This document shows, one piece after another, positions 38,380 through 51,907 of a stretch of 64,000 nt of DNA; positions within the stretch are counted from its first letter, which is position 1, and every line of letters begins with the position of its first letter. The notes under the pieces are model-generated. The model saw only the letters and a list, made by a program, of their open reading frames with translations. It ran no database searches and was not told where the DNA came from. The position numbers and the translations under genes were made by a program. Source of the DNA: Lama glama (taxonomy: Eukaryota); the NCBI GenBank assembly GCA_028534125.1, contig CM052817.1:28274001-28338000 (forward strand), read 5' to 3'.

Positions 38380-40050
38380 AATCTTTTTCCTGGAGGCTCC
38401 AACTTCCTGTTTGCTCTGAAATGTTTTACTCTATAGAACACGTTCCTGGGGGCGTCCCTCTAACTCCTGCTTTGAAGAGCCTTTCTTATTTTAGTTTACT
38501 TACCTCATTTTTGCTGGAAAATATCTTCTAGCAACTGCTTAAAGAAACATACATAGGAAGTATCTTTTTTGAAAATTTGAAAATGTCATAATTTTACTCA
38601 AAACTTTGATTAATAAAGAAGACTTATGTAAAACTTTAGATGACAGAAGATTATGTCCTAAAATAACTTATTTTTTGTTTTCTTGATTTGAGTGTTGTCT
38701 TTGAGAAGTCTCTTGCCATTCTGGTATGCCATTCTTATATGTGACATGTTTATTTGCTCTGAATTTTTCCTTACAATGTTTTCTCTATCCTGAGTGTTTT
38801 GAGATTTCATGGTGATGTTACTCGCAGGAAACTTTTTGATTCACTGAGTTACATTCTGGAGAATCATGTCCATCTAGATTGGAGAAATGGTCTTTATTTC
38901 TTACCCCCAAGTATTTCCTGTTTTTTTCTTCCTGAAACTGGGCTGTTGAATCTCATGGATTGCTCTTTTAATTATTTTATCTTTTCTCTTCTATTTTACA
39001 TATAAATATATAAATATTTAAAAAATAAATTGTTAGCTTTTCCTAACCTCTTTTGTCCATTTTATGGAAATTGATATTTTTGATATCACTTTTTAATCTC
39101 TAGGGGATTTTTTTAATTCTTCTAATATTCTTTCTTTTAATGTGATTTTGATCTTTTTTTGAGGATGCAATATCTTTTTTAAATATCTTTCAAATATTAT
39201 ACATATATGTATATATGTTTAATGTTCTTATTTTAACCTATATTGTCTCTGTTCTAAGTTAAATGTTGTTTTAGTTTTTATATGTCATGCTTTATCTTTC
39301 ATACTCAAAACTTTAATGATCATATTTATGAGTGGGGCACTAAAGACTTGATTACATGGACGTAGCTTGTAGATTGGTGATTTCACTGTGATGTCATGAA
39401 CTAGACTTGCTCTCCTGTCAGTATATATAGGACTCTTTTCTGGAGTGATTCAGTTTTCCAAAAGAGGGTCCTTCAGTCTTCTGCCTAATGAACAGATATC
39501 TGGTTTTTGGTGTTCTGAGCCAATGCAGGCAAGGGAGATGATACCCTAGACCCCGGGCTCACTAAGGCATCCTTGTCTCCTCTTTCTCACACAAACCACG
39601 TCCTCTGTCCCCAAGGCAAGGGCCTCTCTGTCTCAGTTTCTCCAGAGGTGACACTTTCCTCTTTCAAGGGCAGGAAAGAATGGTCACCTGACTCCATAAG
39701 TGGGAGGGAAATGAGGACCATGTGGACATCTGATTGCTGTGAAACAGATTTTTGAACAATTCTCCTGTTTCAGCCTCTCACCTCCTCTCTGCCTTTAAAT
39801 ATAACTTGTTCCTGCACTTCCTAAGCCTTTCTGGAGTTTGGCCAGGAAAATAAAATTCTCCTTCCTTCTTTTTTTCTTAGCTTTGACTTTATCTCTCCTT
39901 AGTCATTTACTCTCCCTCTATGATACTGTGTTTTAGGGTCACAAATGTCCCCTTGTTTCATTGAAGACAGATTTTACATTTCTTTTATTATTTTTAGAGG
40001 GGTGGCTTTGGAGAGGGGAAGGGAGCAAAACAGTTTTACTCTGTCCTCTC
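38380..40050 (-). mobile_element. HAL1-like ancient LINE
   Basis: T-rich antisense ORF1-like tract (ttgagaagtctcttgccattctg; gaggatgcaatatctt) and a HAL1-like 5' region. Confidence 0.7.
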
Positions 40051-40288
40051 TCTGGTTAAGTATCAGGAAAAAATAAGATGATTTGTATTATCTGTTTTGT
40101 TTTCATCCCACATATACAATGACCCCTGTAAGTTTGCTCATATTTCTTTGACAGTTGTAAGGAAGCTCAGAGACCAACCTACAATTCTCCTCAAGCTAAA
40201 TATGTGTCATGCATTGGTCTATTAATCTAAATCTTAATTTCAATATGTTCCACTATCAGTTTCCCTTTTTTAAGATTCCTTTAACGAT

Positions 40289-41011
40289 CCCTCCTACACT
40301 GTAAGTGGGAATGTAATTTGGTGCAGCCACTATGGAAAACAGTATGGAAATTCCTTAAAAAAACTAAAAGTAGACTTATCCTATGATCCAGCAATCCAAC
40401 TCCTGGGCATATATCCAGAGGAAATTCTAATTCAAAAAGATATATGCACCCCACTGTTTATAACAGCACCATTTACAATAGCCAAGACATGGAAGCAACC
40501 TAAATGTCCATCAACAGATGACTGACTAAAGAAGATGTGGTATGTATATGCAATGGAATACTACTCAGCCATGAAAAAAATTAAATAAAGCCATTTGCAG
40601 CAATATGGATGGACCTAGAGATTATCATACTAAGTGAAGTAAGTCAGACAAAGACAAGTATATGCTACAAGTATATGTATTATTAAAAAAAATGACACAA
40701 ATGAACTTATTTACAAAACAGTGACAGATTCCCAGACATAGAAAGCAAACTTATGGTTACCAGGAGAAAGAAGCAAGGGAGGAATAAATTAGGAGCCTAG
40801 AATTTGCAGATACTAACTACTACATATAAAATAGAAAAACAACAAGGTCTTACGGGTTTAGCCCAGGGAAATATATTCAATATCTTGTAATAGTCTATAA
40901 TGAAAAAGAATATATGTGTGTGTATATATATATATATATATATAATTAAATCACTATTCTGTGCACCAGAAACTAACACAACATTGTAAATCAACTAAAC
41001 TTTAATAAAAA
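40289..41011 (+). mobile_element. Lineage-specific L1 3' end (~0.72 kb)
   Basis: ccctcctacactgtaagtgggaatgtaatttggtgcagccactatggaaaac...aaactaacacaacattgtaaatcaact...aataaaa. Confidence 0.92.
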
Positions 41012-41027
41012 TTCCCTTCCTTTCATT

Positions 41028-41098
41028 AATATACACACATTGTGTATATTTTATATATATATATATGTGTGTATATATATATATATATATACACACAT
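41028..41098. repeat. (TA)n/(TG)n compound microsatellite
   Basis: Alternating TA/TG/CA runs. Confidence 0.9.
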
Positions 41099-43601
41099 TT
41101 ATTTTAGTTTGAATTATATCTATTTTTGTAGCTAAACAAACCAACTATTCTCTAGTTCCTTGAGAGAAAGCAGATAAATGAATAAATGGAGGAAGAAAAG
41201 AAGGAGGGAAGGAAAGAGCAAAGGTAAGAAAGACAGTATGGAAAAAATAATTTAAGAGGAAAGAGAAAATTTCAGCATTATTATCCTTAAGTTGAGGATG
41301 ATGAAGTTAATTCCCAGAGTTATTTTAAGTTGATATACACTAAGTCATGTAAAAATCTGGCACATTAATAAATATGTCCTGCCCCTCTCCCACCCCAGAC
41401 ACATATCTTTCCTCTTCACTTAATATCATTACATCTTAAAGAAAAATTAATGGCGATGAGCATGATTAACAAAACTAATAGTCATGGCCGCTGCTGCCTT
41501 GTAGAGCTTGACCATGTAGCAGAAACTGTACTGAGCTCATCACATAAATTGTTTCTGGGACTAAATTACATAACAAGTGAAAGCACTTAGCACAATAACT
41601 AATACATCAAAACTACTCAAAAATGTTTATCTTGAAGTATTTATTGACTTTCCTTATGATTTCATTTTTCCTTCTGTGGACCTTTTCTGCCTTTTCTTTG
41701 TGGTTTGATAGTATTCCAATCAGGCACCTCACTCCAGGTATTTCTGAGCGATGTTGTTGTTTTCTTCACGTGTTTACACTCGATAGGGGCTTCTGCTTGA
41801 CTGTTCTGTATGTCACTAGATTTCAAGGGCCCAGGGTGACCTGACCAGACACCTGGCCTCACGCCGACCATGGCTTTCAGGGAAGACAAATCACGCTTTC
41901 AGGTCACACGGCAAGTTAGCTGGAAACCTGTGCATTTTAATCAGGGATTTTAGCTCAATATTGACAGTACTGCATGTTTTTCTCCTTATTTGCTTTTTAA
42001 TGATTATATACATTTGTTTTCCCCTCAGCCAGTGTACAGTTGACCATTTAATTGAAAAAGATTGCATGTTACATGATTCCATTATATGTGTTTCAGTATT
42101 TGCATTGCAATAATTTATTTTAGTCCTTCATTTAGGTCTTTGTTAAGGATCTTCAATGCCACAGTTTCCTTGGCTGCCTAATGTTGACTCTTCAATGTCT
42201 TTTGATGGGACTTTTCCAAACATGTTAAGATGCACATTCATCTTTTTTGTCTTTTCAGACACAGCCCATCAAAAGCCCAAAGAGGTCTAAAAAATTGACC
42301 ATTTTTTTCCACTTCTAAAATTAGACCTTATTATTACCAAGAAAAATGTCAACTTTTCAGAGCATATTATCATTTGGAAAATTTGATAGCTATCAGTGAG
42401 TGTTTTAAAATGATAATGAAAAAGTTGACATTTTTCTTGGTAATAATCAGATCTCATTTTTTCCAAATTCTGAATACCAAAAGCCTGTGCACATAAGGAA
42501 CTAATAATTACATTGAATAGGACTGGAAACAGTGAGAAGCCCCACGAGTTCATTTTTCTTTGATAGGTCTAAGTTAGTTCATAGTGACTTGCTCATGGGA
42601 AGATGAATGAAACTGACAATCAAAATGACAAGAAAGCTGATAACTAGATTCTAAATGTTCATCTCTGCACATTGATGTCAACTGAGAGAACTAGTAACAT
42701 TTGAGAAAACTATAGGAATAATGTCTAAACTTGTGGCTATAAAAAAAAAGGAAGATATGGAGTTAGAACTGACAGGAATGATTAAGAGAATATTTATGGC
42801 AGAATTTTCATCCGAAGTACAAAAATCTTTTATTAACGGCCTTTTAAAAATAAAGAAAAACAAGATTGAAATTTGTGAGATTGTTTAGCTGTTTTCTCTG
42901 TACTGTGGGATTTTCTATGACTTATTTCTAGACTTGAATTTTAGGTAACCCTGACTCATGATTTTGAAATATAAAGAAATATAAAATATAATTAATTACT
43001 CTGTAGACTAGACCAAAGTTGATTCATAATGGAAAATTGCCCTTGTGTAATAGTGTAGAAAACATGGCTATATTTATACAGAAAGTAGAATGTATACATG
43101 CACACATTCACCATTTTCTTGCCGACAGAAACCTAAGTACTGTAAAAATCTCCTGTGTGTAAATATGTTTCTAACAGGGTATTAAATCACATCTTTAATA
43201 CTTTGACAGGACTGGTAACATTTGATTAAATGAATCTTACAGATTAGCATCCTGATTTAGAACTCTCTAGATTCTCAGAGCTTTTAGGAGAGGATCTTAA
43301 GCTAAACGAGATGAAATAAATAAGTGGGACACTGGTTAGAAGAAAAATCTCTTCTCATTCGGAAATAAGGATGGAATGCATACCAATGAAAAGATAGTCT
43401 AGTTCAGAAAATTTTAGAATTAATTCAGAAGAACACCAAAGTGAATCATTCCAGAGGCAGTATGGTCTTGTGAATAAAATCTTAGTGCAATAATCAAGAA
43501 TACTAGATTCAGTTCCTTGCTCTGAGGCTGAAGCTGTATCTATCTATCACATCTCCAGTCATTTAATCACTCAGTACACGCTAATTGAACACCACCTACT
43601 G

Positions 43602-43840
43602 GAAGCAGTAATATAATATAGTAAAAAAAGATGATTAACTCTGGAGCCACGCTGTGTTTGAATTCTGGCTCTGACCCCTATCTACGTGACCTTGCAAAGG
43701 TCACTTAACCCTTGGAGGGCTTCAGTTCCTTACCTGTAAAATCGGAACAATAAAGGTATATTATATATTCTTATTAAATAAGTTAATATTTACAAAGAAC
43801 AGTGCTTGACACATATTACATACTATAAGCATCTTTGCTC
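43602..43840 (+). mobile_element. MIR SINE
   Basis: actctggagcca...tttgaattctggctctg...gtgaccttg...tcacttaacc...cttcagttccttacctgtaaaatcgg...agaacagtgcttgacacata. Confidence 0.85.
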
Positions 43841-44019
43841 TTTTTAACATAGGACAAATTGAAGAAATGTTTATATCGGAGTCAAAGTAGGAGAGATAAG
43901 ACATACACATGTGAAATCAAAATAATTCTGTATTAAGTAGGATGTATATAATTATTGTTTTGTGTCTGTGCTTCATGCATTACACTTTAGCTCAACGCCA
44001 CCTCAATTTTAACACACCC

Positions 44020-44833
44020 CACATGGCACAAGCAGGGTTTAGTCTTTGGTGCAGTCTATGCCCCCAGTTTCTAAGGTGGGCACTTCTCCAGGTCTGACCA
44101 GTACGCATATTCTATTCCACAAGCCATTGCATTTCCCTCATGATGAATATGTGAAATAAGGTGTTTCTTTTTTTTTTTAAACATTTTTTATTGATTTATA
44201 ATCATTTTACAATGTTGTGTCAAATTCCAGTGTTCAGCACAATTTTTCAGTCATTCATGGACATATACACACTCATTGTCACATTTTTTTCTCTGTGAGT
44301 TATCATAACGAAATAAGGTGTTTCTGATGAGGTAAAATACTAAAAATGCTGCTGATCTATTGTACTGGAAAACTCTAAGTCTGTAGGTATCCCTAGTTTT
44401 AATTATGATGTGAAGGAACACTCCCACTGGCCTCCTACTTGATCCCAAAAGAACAGGGAGCGTGAAGCTCAAGCTTTTAATAGAAACTGCCCCACCTCCG
44501 CAACTGGGTCATCTGCGCGGAAGGATCTGCTTCCTCTTCCCGCTGACACGATTCGCTCTCTACTCCTCCCTTCTAAATCTAGAGGTACCAAGAACGACCA
44601 TAGAGTCAAGAGTGTAAATAAGCAGGACGTTAAACTAGAAGAAAATAGTGCCAAGAGATGGGGGAGAGAGAAATGAGAGAGTCCTTGTGGCATCAGTTGT
44701 GCTCCCAGATGCAGCTGTGCTTGCAGTAAGCATGTGACTGGGATTTTAACCTGCGTAAGTCAGAATGTTCTCATATTTCTTAAGAAGTAGGAGCCGGGTG
44801 TCTTCCATTTGCTGACAAGAGCCTCTTAGTACA
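44020..44833 (+). mobile_element. Old MaLR LTR (MLT1K-like), interrupted by a young L1
   Basis: cacttctccaggtctgacca...gagagagaaatgagagagtccttg...ccagatgcagctgtgcttg...catttgctgacaagagcctcttagtaca. Confidence 0.55.
44169..44309 (-). mobile_element. Young camelid-type L1, extreme 3' end (141 bp), with perfect TSD
   Basis: Poly-T then aacattttttattgatttataatcattttacaatgttgtgtcaaattccagtg...; TSD gaaataaggtgtttct at 44153-44168 and 44310-44325. Confidence 0.95.
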
Positions 44834-45049
44834 TGCCCCTAGGAGATGCGCAAATAGCATGCTATGGATATTCTCAGCATTAAAGGGTTGCTTCAGTAAG
44901 TAACATTGACCCTGAATAATACTAGAATCCTAAAATCCCTAAGCTTTAACAATTTTATTATTTATAAATATTTACATACGACAGCAGAAAAATGACATTT
45001 TGATCCTTGCTTTTCAACCTACCTTTTGAGGGCGCTTTAACTAGAGGGT

Positions 45050-45297
45050 TTCTCTATCAGGCTGTCCCAGGATCTCCCCCAGCTACAAAGGCTGGGCAGT
45101 CGTTCCCTCCTTGGCTCTCCCACACCCTTTGTTCATAAGGCTCTGGCCAGTTTCCACCTAAATGTATATTTTTACACCCATGTCTCCCCAGTGAGAATGT
45201 AGGCAGCATGGAGCGCAGGCAAAGTCACGTTCATCCCTGCAAATTTTGCACCTGTCACCACGCCGGAAACTTAGCAGTGCTTTATTATTTGTTAAAT
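45050..45297 (+). mobile_element. L2 3' end
   Basis: tgtctccccagtgagaatgtaggcagcatggagcgcagg...cacctgtcaccacgccgg...ttagcagtgctttattatttgttaaat. Confidence 0.65.
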
Positions 45298-45390
45298 TCT
45301 AGGATCAGGCATTAAAAGCTGGACAGTGGGGTGGTAACACTCGTCAATAAATGATATTCCTGTAACTAGACAAAAGCACGTCAGAAACCA

Positions 45391-45707
45391 GGTATATTCG
45401 TTTGCTAGGGTTACCGTAACGGAGCAGCGCAGTCTGGCTGGCTTAAACAGAAATGCATTTCTGTCGTTTCCTTCTGAAAGTTCTCTCCTTAGTTTGTAAG
45501 TCGATCTTTGATCTCCTCTTTCTGTCTTCATACTTGTGTGCACATATGTCTGTGTCCGAATTTCCAGTCACATTGGATTAGGGCCCACCTTAAAAGACCT
45601 CGCTTTAATGTAATTACCTATTTAAAGATCTTATCTCCAAATACAGTTACATTCTGAGGTCCTGGCGGCTAGGGCTTCAACATGTAAATTTTAGGGGGGA
45701 CACAACA
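45391..45707 (-). mobile_element. MLT1B-like solo LTR (internally deleted)
   Basis: tttgctagggttaccgtaac...ggcttaaacagaaat...cattggattagggcccacc...tctccaaatacagttacattctgaggtcctgg...ggggacacaa. Confidence 0.85.
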
Positions 45708-47154
45708 ATGTACAAAATACCTTTTACTTTGGATTGATTCCTATTTTATAAATGTTGAATAGCGTGCAAATGGTGCCATTTCAGTGGCTTGTCCTCTCTA
45801 TTCAACTCATCCTTGACTGGGAGGTGTTCACTCCATCCCTGACTACCCCATCGTGATACCTTCTCCAAGTCTGTCCCCCATTCTGGCTGTCCCTCTTCCC
45901 ACTTTGGCTCTGGCAGGTCCCCAGCCCTGTGCAATCTCCCCCGCTTTCCCTCATCACCCCTGCCCCTCCACCTCCTTGCGAGGAGCTGCCTCATCTTTCC
46001 TTCTCTGCCTGTGGTAGAAGGGTCCACCATTCATTTCCATCCATCTTACTTTTCAAGAGCCCTGTTTTTGAGAGACGGGAGGAGAGGAGATGATAAGCGT
46101 TAATCTTCAAATGAAAGAAGGGAAGGGGAAGTCTGTTCATCAAGGTCTGGCCCTAGAAAATGCTGTCTGCAAGACTTGGTGGATCCACCATCTATAATAT
46201 ACCCCCGGCAAGTAATTAAACTAAAAGTTTATATTCCTCTGCTGATTTTCCCTTGAATTTCTCACAGCCCCCTTACCTTATCTTAGCAAGGTCTGAGGAA
46301 GGGGTGTGGCCAATGAAGAGAATCCTTCTCAACACAAGCAAATGAAATAAATTTGGGGTTTTCATTTAGTGACTGCTATTGCAGAAAACAAATATTATTT
46401 CCCAGACAGGAACTATCATTGGCCTCTTTCTGGCCAACAGATGATGTCAATTTTCTGGTGGCAAATCCCCTCATCTGGCATTTTAAGCTGTTGGCCAGAG
46501 TTCCACAGGAAGGAGTACCATTAAATGGCAGCATCCTCTAGAATGGAAGAAAATTACCCCCAACACGTATGGCTTAGTTTTTCAGTAAGACTGAACTCGT
46601 GGACAATAGAGGATACAAAATTTCAGACTACAAAATATTAGATATTCTTGCTTTGAAAGTGTTTTGCTAATAATTAACATTTTGTGATGATATGAACGTA
46701 ACAAAGATGTACTGACTCCATTCTAATAAAAACATCCAAAAACATGTATGATAAGGAAGCTACAGTATCATGGTTTTATTGAGCGGTTTACTATTATGTC
46801 TGCCATTCAGCTATTACGACCTATCATGTACCCTGTTATTCTTTGGAAAAAATGTGTGCCATTAGTTACCACAATAAAGGTTGTATACAGCTCAGTGAAC
46901 AGCCATAACCATGACGGAAACCTCATTCAGACTGGAGGACAGTTGAGTCAGCAGTGTCAAATTTACAGACAAACGCCAGCACATTTTCTTAAGAATGCCG
47001 GAGATTGAGGATGTTGCTATATTTCAGCCCTGAGAACTCATAAATGGAATTTTGTACATGTGTCATTAATCTCTGTTGGGTTTCAGGCTCCTTTTATTAC
47101 CTTTCATTTTCATCCTACTGGGACAGTAACAAAGATAATGATAATATTCACATC

Positions 47155-47408
47155 ATAATAACTGCTGACATTCCCCGAGTGCTTGCTGTGTGTTAGGCAC
47201 TGGGCTAAGCCTTTTCCGCGGATTGCTGTACTTTAGGCTCACCACCATCCTGGAGACTAAGTGCTTCAATTATCCTCATTTTATGAATAAATAAACTGTG
47301 CCGAAGGATACTGAGGTAAAACAACTGGCCCAGGGTCATACAGGTTAAAACTTGCAACACTTAGCTTCGTATTCAGTCATTCTGACTCTGGAAATGACAC
47401 TCTTAATA
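47155..47408 (-). mobile_element. MIR SINE
   Basis: gagtgcttgctgtgtgttaggcactgggctaagc...tatcctcattttatgaa...aaactg...cccagggtcatacag...tctgactct. Confidence 0.85.
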
Positions 47409-48429
47409 ATTAATTGGAAATTGTTAGGTCAATTGAAAAAAAGCCAGTTTATCTGATGTTAAGTTTGACTTACGCAGCCAGCAGTAAACAGGTGCTGGAC
47501 GGGCCCCTTTAACTTTCCCATGTTTTTTAAACTCCAGAGTTGTTGAGAGTGGAAATTGCCGTGCACTCCGTAGCATGCAGGGCGTGAGCCCCGTTCAGAA
47601 CTGGTTTCTTCATCATGCTGAAGGGTTCGAAGTACCTGGACTCCATTCAGACCAATAATCGCCTCCAACAATAATAAACCCTGGTGAGCTATGAGTACCC
47701 TTTTCATTCCAGCTGCACGTACAGGATAAAATGGCAACTGCAGGAAAGCCATTAAGGGTATTAATAAGTTATGCTGACGGGAAAGATTCAGCAACTTTCA
47801 GAATAAATTATTTCTCAAGTAGTCATTCTTTTTCCGGAAAGATCGCTTGAAGCTCAACACGCCGTCCGTGATTCAGCAGGTATTTCTTCCACCTACAAGA
47901 AGGTTAGTGGAAGAGGCAGTGGCTTTCCTTTCTTTCCACCAGCACATCCATTTTCAGTAAGGATCCTTTCTGGGATTAATATACCAATGCTTTAGTTAAT
48001 GGATAGATGTTTGTATCAATATCAGTCTGTTCTGGGACAGGAAACTACAAGACCAGTTCTTCTCTAGGAAAATAAGCAATATGTGCATGTTTTCTATTCA
48101 TCTATTAACTTCTCTCTCTGGAAAAAATACACATCTATATAAAAACATTTTGAAGAATTACTTTCAAATCTCTAAAATACCTTTAAATTCAATGTAAAGA
48201 GAGTGAGGAAGTGTAAGTGAGCATACAAGTGAATGAAAGATAGTTCATCCCTGAAAGAAGATTTAGACCTGAAATAATAAAACAGTGGGAAAAAAATCAT
48301 AGACTGGAAGTTGAGAAAGTATGGTTTTACTGACAACTCTACTTGGATTCTTTCTCTTGATTTCTCTCTGGATAAGTTTTTAAACGTTTTTCTTCCTTTT
48401 GTTTGCAGCTGCTCTCTGCTTTTCAACAG

Positions 48430-48791
48430 TGCAATGAACTGAATGTGCACAGCACCCCCTCCCCAAGTTCGTATATTGAAATTCTAACCCCTACTGTGAT
48501 GTTGTTTGGAGGTGGGGGCTCTCAGAGGTGATTAGGTCATGAGGGTGGAGTCTACATGAATGGGATTAGTGCCCTTATGAAAGAGCCCTCCCACCCCGAG
48601 AACTCCTTGTGTCTCCTGCCTTGTGAGGGCCCAGCAAGAACCAGGAGGAAGGGTCCTCAGAAGATACTGAACCTGCTGGCTGCTTGATCTTGGACTTCCC
48701 CAGACTCAGAAGTGTGAGAAATAAATGTTTATTCTTTGTAAGCCACCCAGTCCATGTTATTCTGCTATAGAAGCCTGAACAGACTAAGACA
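48430..48791 (+). mobile_element. MLT1A0-like solo LTR
   Basis: tgcaatgaactgaatgt...gaaattctaacccc...attaggtcatgagggtggag...ttgatcttggacttccc...gtgagaaataaatg...gactaagaca. Confidence 0.9.
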
Positions 48792-51700
48792 ATTGCAAAC
48801 AAAGGAAAATACAAGAAAATGTGATTCCTTTTACTCCTGAACCCAGTCCCACACCGAAGGCTTGGTCTTGTGAAGTGTGTGGCCCTGCGGCGTGACCTGC
48901 GATGCCTTACTCATTCACGTTCAGTCAACTTGCTTCCTATTTTCTTGAATTTGCCTTTGGTTTCAGTATTTCAACACTCGGGCCAGTGCTAAGGAAGTTA
49001 CCCAAAGACATCAAGCGTTCTTGTTTTATCATTCATAACTGAACTAACACTTTTGGAAAAAGCCAAACAGCAGAAATCAGACTTTGTGTTCATTTGAAAT
49101 GTACGTTATTTATAGCAAGTTATTCAGAAGCAGACATGCTGAGTAACTGTTTGTTTAAGCGGCCCATTGTTAAAAAGTTCTTGATAAAATCTATAATCTC
49201 TTCCCTTTAATTAACCAGTTCTGTGGACATTTACTGCGGTTCCTGGGATTGTCAGATGCGGCTTTTGCTGGCCCTTTGTTTTGAACTGTTCAAGGCAGAT
49301 GCCCCTTCTTGGTGTTTGTATGGTCTTCATCTCAGCAATGAGGGAGTACGAGTAAGAATGCAACATGCCTCATCAGTAGAAAGAAGTTTGTGGACGTCTG
49401 AGCTTCGTGTCTATGATTTATTGGGAACTGCCCAGGAGCTCGAGCCACTGTATTTTCTTTTTACAACGTAAGGTAGCTTTGCCTGCACATATTTCCCCCA
49501 GCTCTCGCATTGAGGGATAATTCATTTTTCATATGGGTCTGCAGACACGTGAACTTGAAACCTAAGCAATAGCAAGGGCGTATGTAAAAGTGGCACATCG
49601 ACTGCAGGAAAGTCAGTGGAAACTGGGTAAAGAGAACTTTCCCATATTCAAGAAATGTCCTCAATAAAATACCTCCCCATGAATCTTAGAGTTAACCCTG
49701 AAAGCTGGTATTTTGATTTCTCCTTTTTGCAAGAGATCTGATTTGATTCTGTGATGCAGAAAAAGTCTGTTCTTAAGGCTTTTGTCTCAAGGCCATTTCC
49801 ATGGTGTTCGAATGCACTTACACTGCTCTCCAGGCACTCAAGGGCTCATAAAAAAATTATGTGCAACAAAGCACCAAAGGGAAGAGGTGAAAAGCAATCA
49901 TACACCATTTTAAGAAACAATTCATCATTCGCAGAGGCAGCTAACCAGATATTAATTGTTCTGTGAGAAAGAACAAAGCTGTTCCTAAGTCAAAATATTG
50001 AGTCTCATGCTGGGTTCTAATGTTATGCATTATTTATCTAAGTGGCGTCTCGAAATGAAATAATTGTTTGCAGGATTCCACCACCACATACAACCTAGCA
50101 GTTCTGAATCATCCCTCTGACTCATCAGCCCCAAACTGTTCCCTTTGGGTAAATTAGGCAGAGTGGCAGGATATTGACCATTAAAACAATTTCATGGGGC
50201 TAACTTTCCAATTAGCGCTAGATGAAATTTCTGACTTTGGAAATGAGTCTCTTGTGATCTCACCAATGAGCTACTCTGCCTTCATGAATTCACCACCAAT
50301 ATATTTGAAAAGAATTCTGCAAAATACTTTGCAACACTGAATAATAAGGCCTCATAGAAACTTCGGGTTTAATACTTATGATTTTAAGTGTAAAGGTCTG
50401 ATTAAATGCTATTATTTCTGCAGTAGCACGTACGGGCGAGCTAGGTCTTAGCACCATATTTGATACATTAATAAAAGATTCATGATGGAATTGTTGTCAG
50501 TATTTTTCTGGAGATAGAAGAAGGTGTGTCTCTTAAGGGAAGATGAATATTTTATTTTTTCAATCCTAATTTTTAGTTAAGTACTATGATTATTATTGCT
50601 TAATTATACCAATGTGGCTTCCACATACAGGAAGCAATGTTGTACTTGCTTGTAAGAGTGTAATTGTCCTCATTTTAAAAATGTAAGATTTTACTTTGCA
50701 ATGCTATAAGTATATATTATATGCAGGAATGGCAGCCCTGATTTTAAAACAAAATTTAAAGCATAATGAGAAAAATGGAAAAGGATGTCAATTACCCATC
50801 CATCATCAAACTGCTGTTATTTAAAACGATCCTAATGATACTGAAAATCGTTCCATTTCCTCATTGAGAAGGATGCACTCTGCTTTCATCCTACCTCATA
50901 ATCTTTCCAGTTGAAATAGAATAAGTGGGCTAAACTTTATCTAGAAGGAGGTAAAAAGCTGACAAATTTAAATGCATTTGCATTTTAAAGCAAGATGTGT
51001 TGCTAACACCTAACATTTTCTTCTCATCCTCCGTTTGCATATATGGAGATATAGTCAAAACTTAGGCCATTGCTTTATTATATTCATTCTGCATATATTT
51101 ACTGTGTCCCAGGCATGATTCCAATATTTGTGATCTGATAAAATGGATGAAAATCTCTGCCCAACGGAGCTTGCATTACTTTGCTGTGCCTTAAATCAGA
51201 CCAAGAAGGAGAATCAAGACAAGGTAAATTTTTATCCATCATCAGATGCCCTTTAGATGAACAAAAGGGCACTTGAGAGTCATATCAGTCAGTATTGGGG
51301 CAAATCATGTGAATTTAACATCACATACTCATACACACACATATGCACATAACATACAAAATGTGTACATGTATAGATATATATGTGTGCATGTGCATTT
51401 ATTATTTTATATATGTGTGTCTATGTGATTGTTTTAAGGCTACAGTAGCCTTTTAATCATCCTATAAGCCCTGGAAATATATATGTTACATTAATAGGAA
51501 ACACTCTGTAGAGTAAAAAGTATTTTCAAGATATTGATAACCTATTAAACATGTTTCTCTTGCTAGTTAATATTTATTTAAGAGATATGCTACAGTTAGT
51601 GAAAGGTTATCTAAAAAAAATCAATACCATCCTGATTCTGGCATCTGATAAAATGTGATGCAGTCTTTCTGAATGACTTATCTATTCAAATTCTGTTTTC

Positions 51701-51907
51701 TCATAAATTGTTGTAAGCTCTTTGCCTACCAGAGCAAATGTTGCAAAACACTATTCATTTATTTCCCAGAGAATTATAAATCTAGAAATAGAAAATATAG
51801 GCTATTAAAACTGAATCCTTTTTTTTTCAGAATTATGAATACAGTCATTATACAGTGAGGGTAATTAAGCCCTGGGCATGTGTTAGCAGTTATCCTTGGC
51901 TGCGGAA

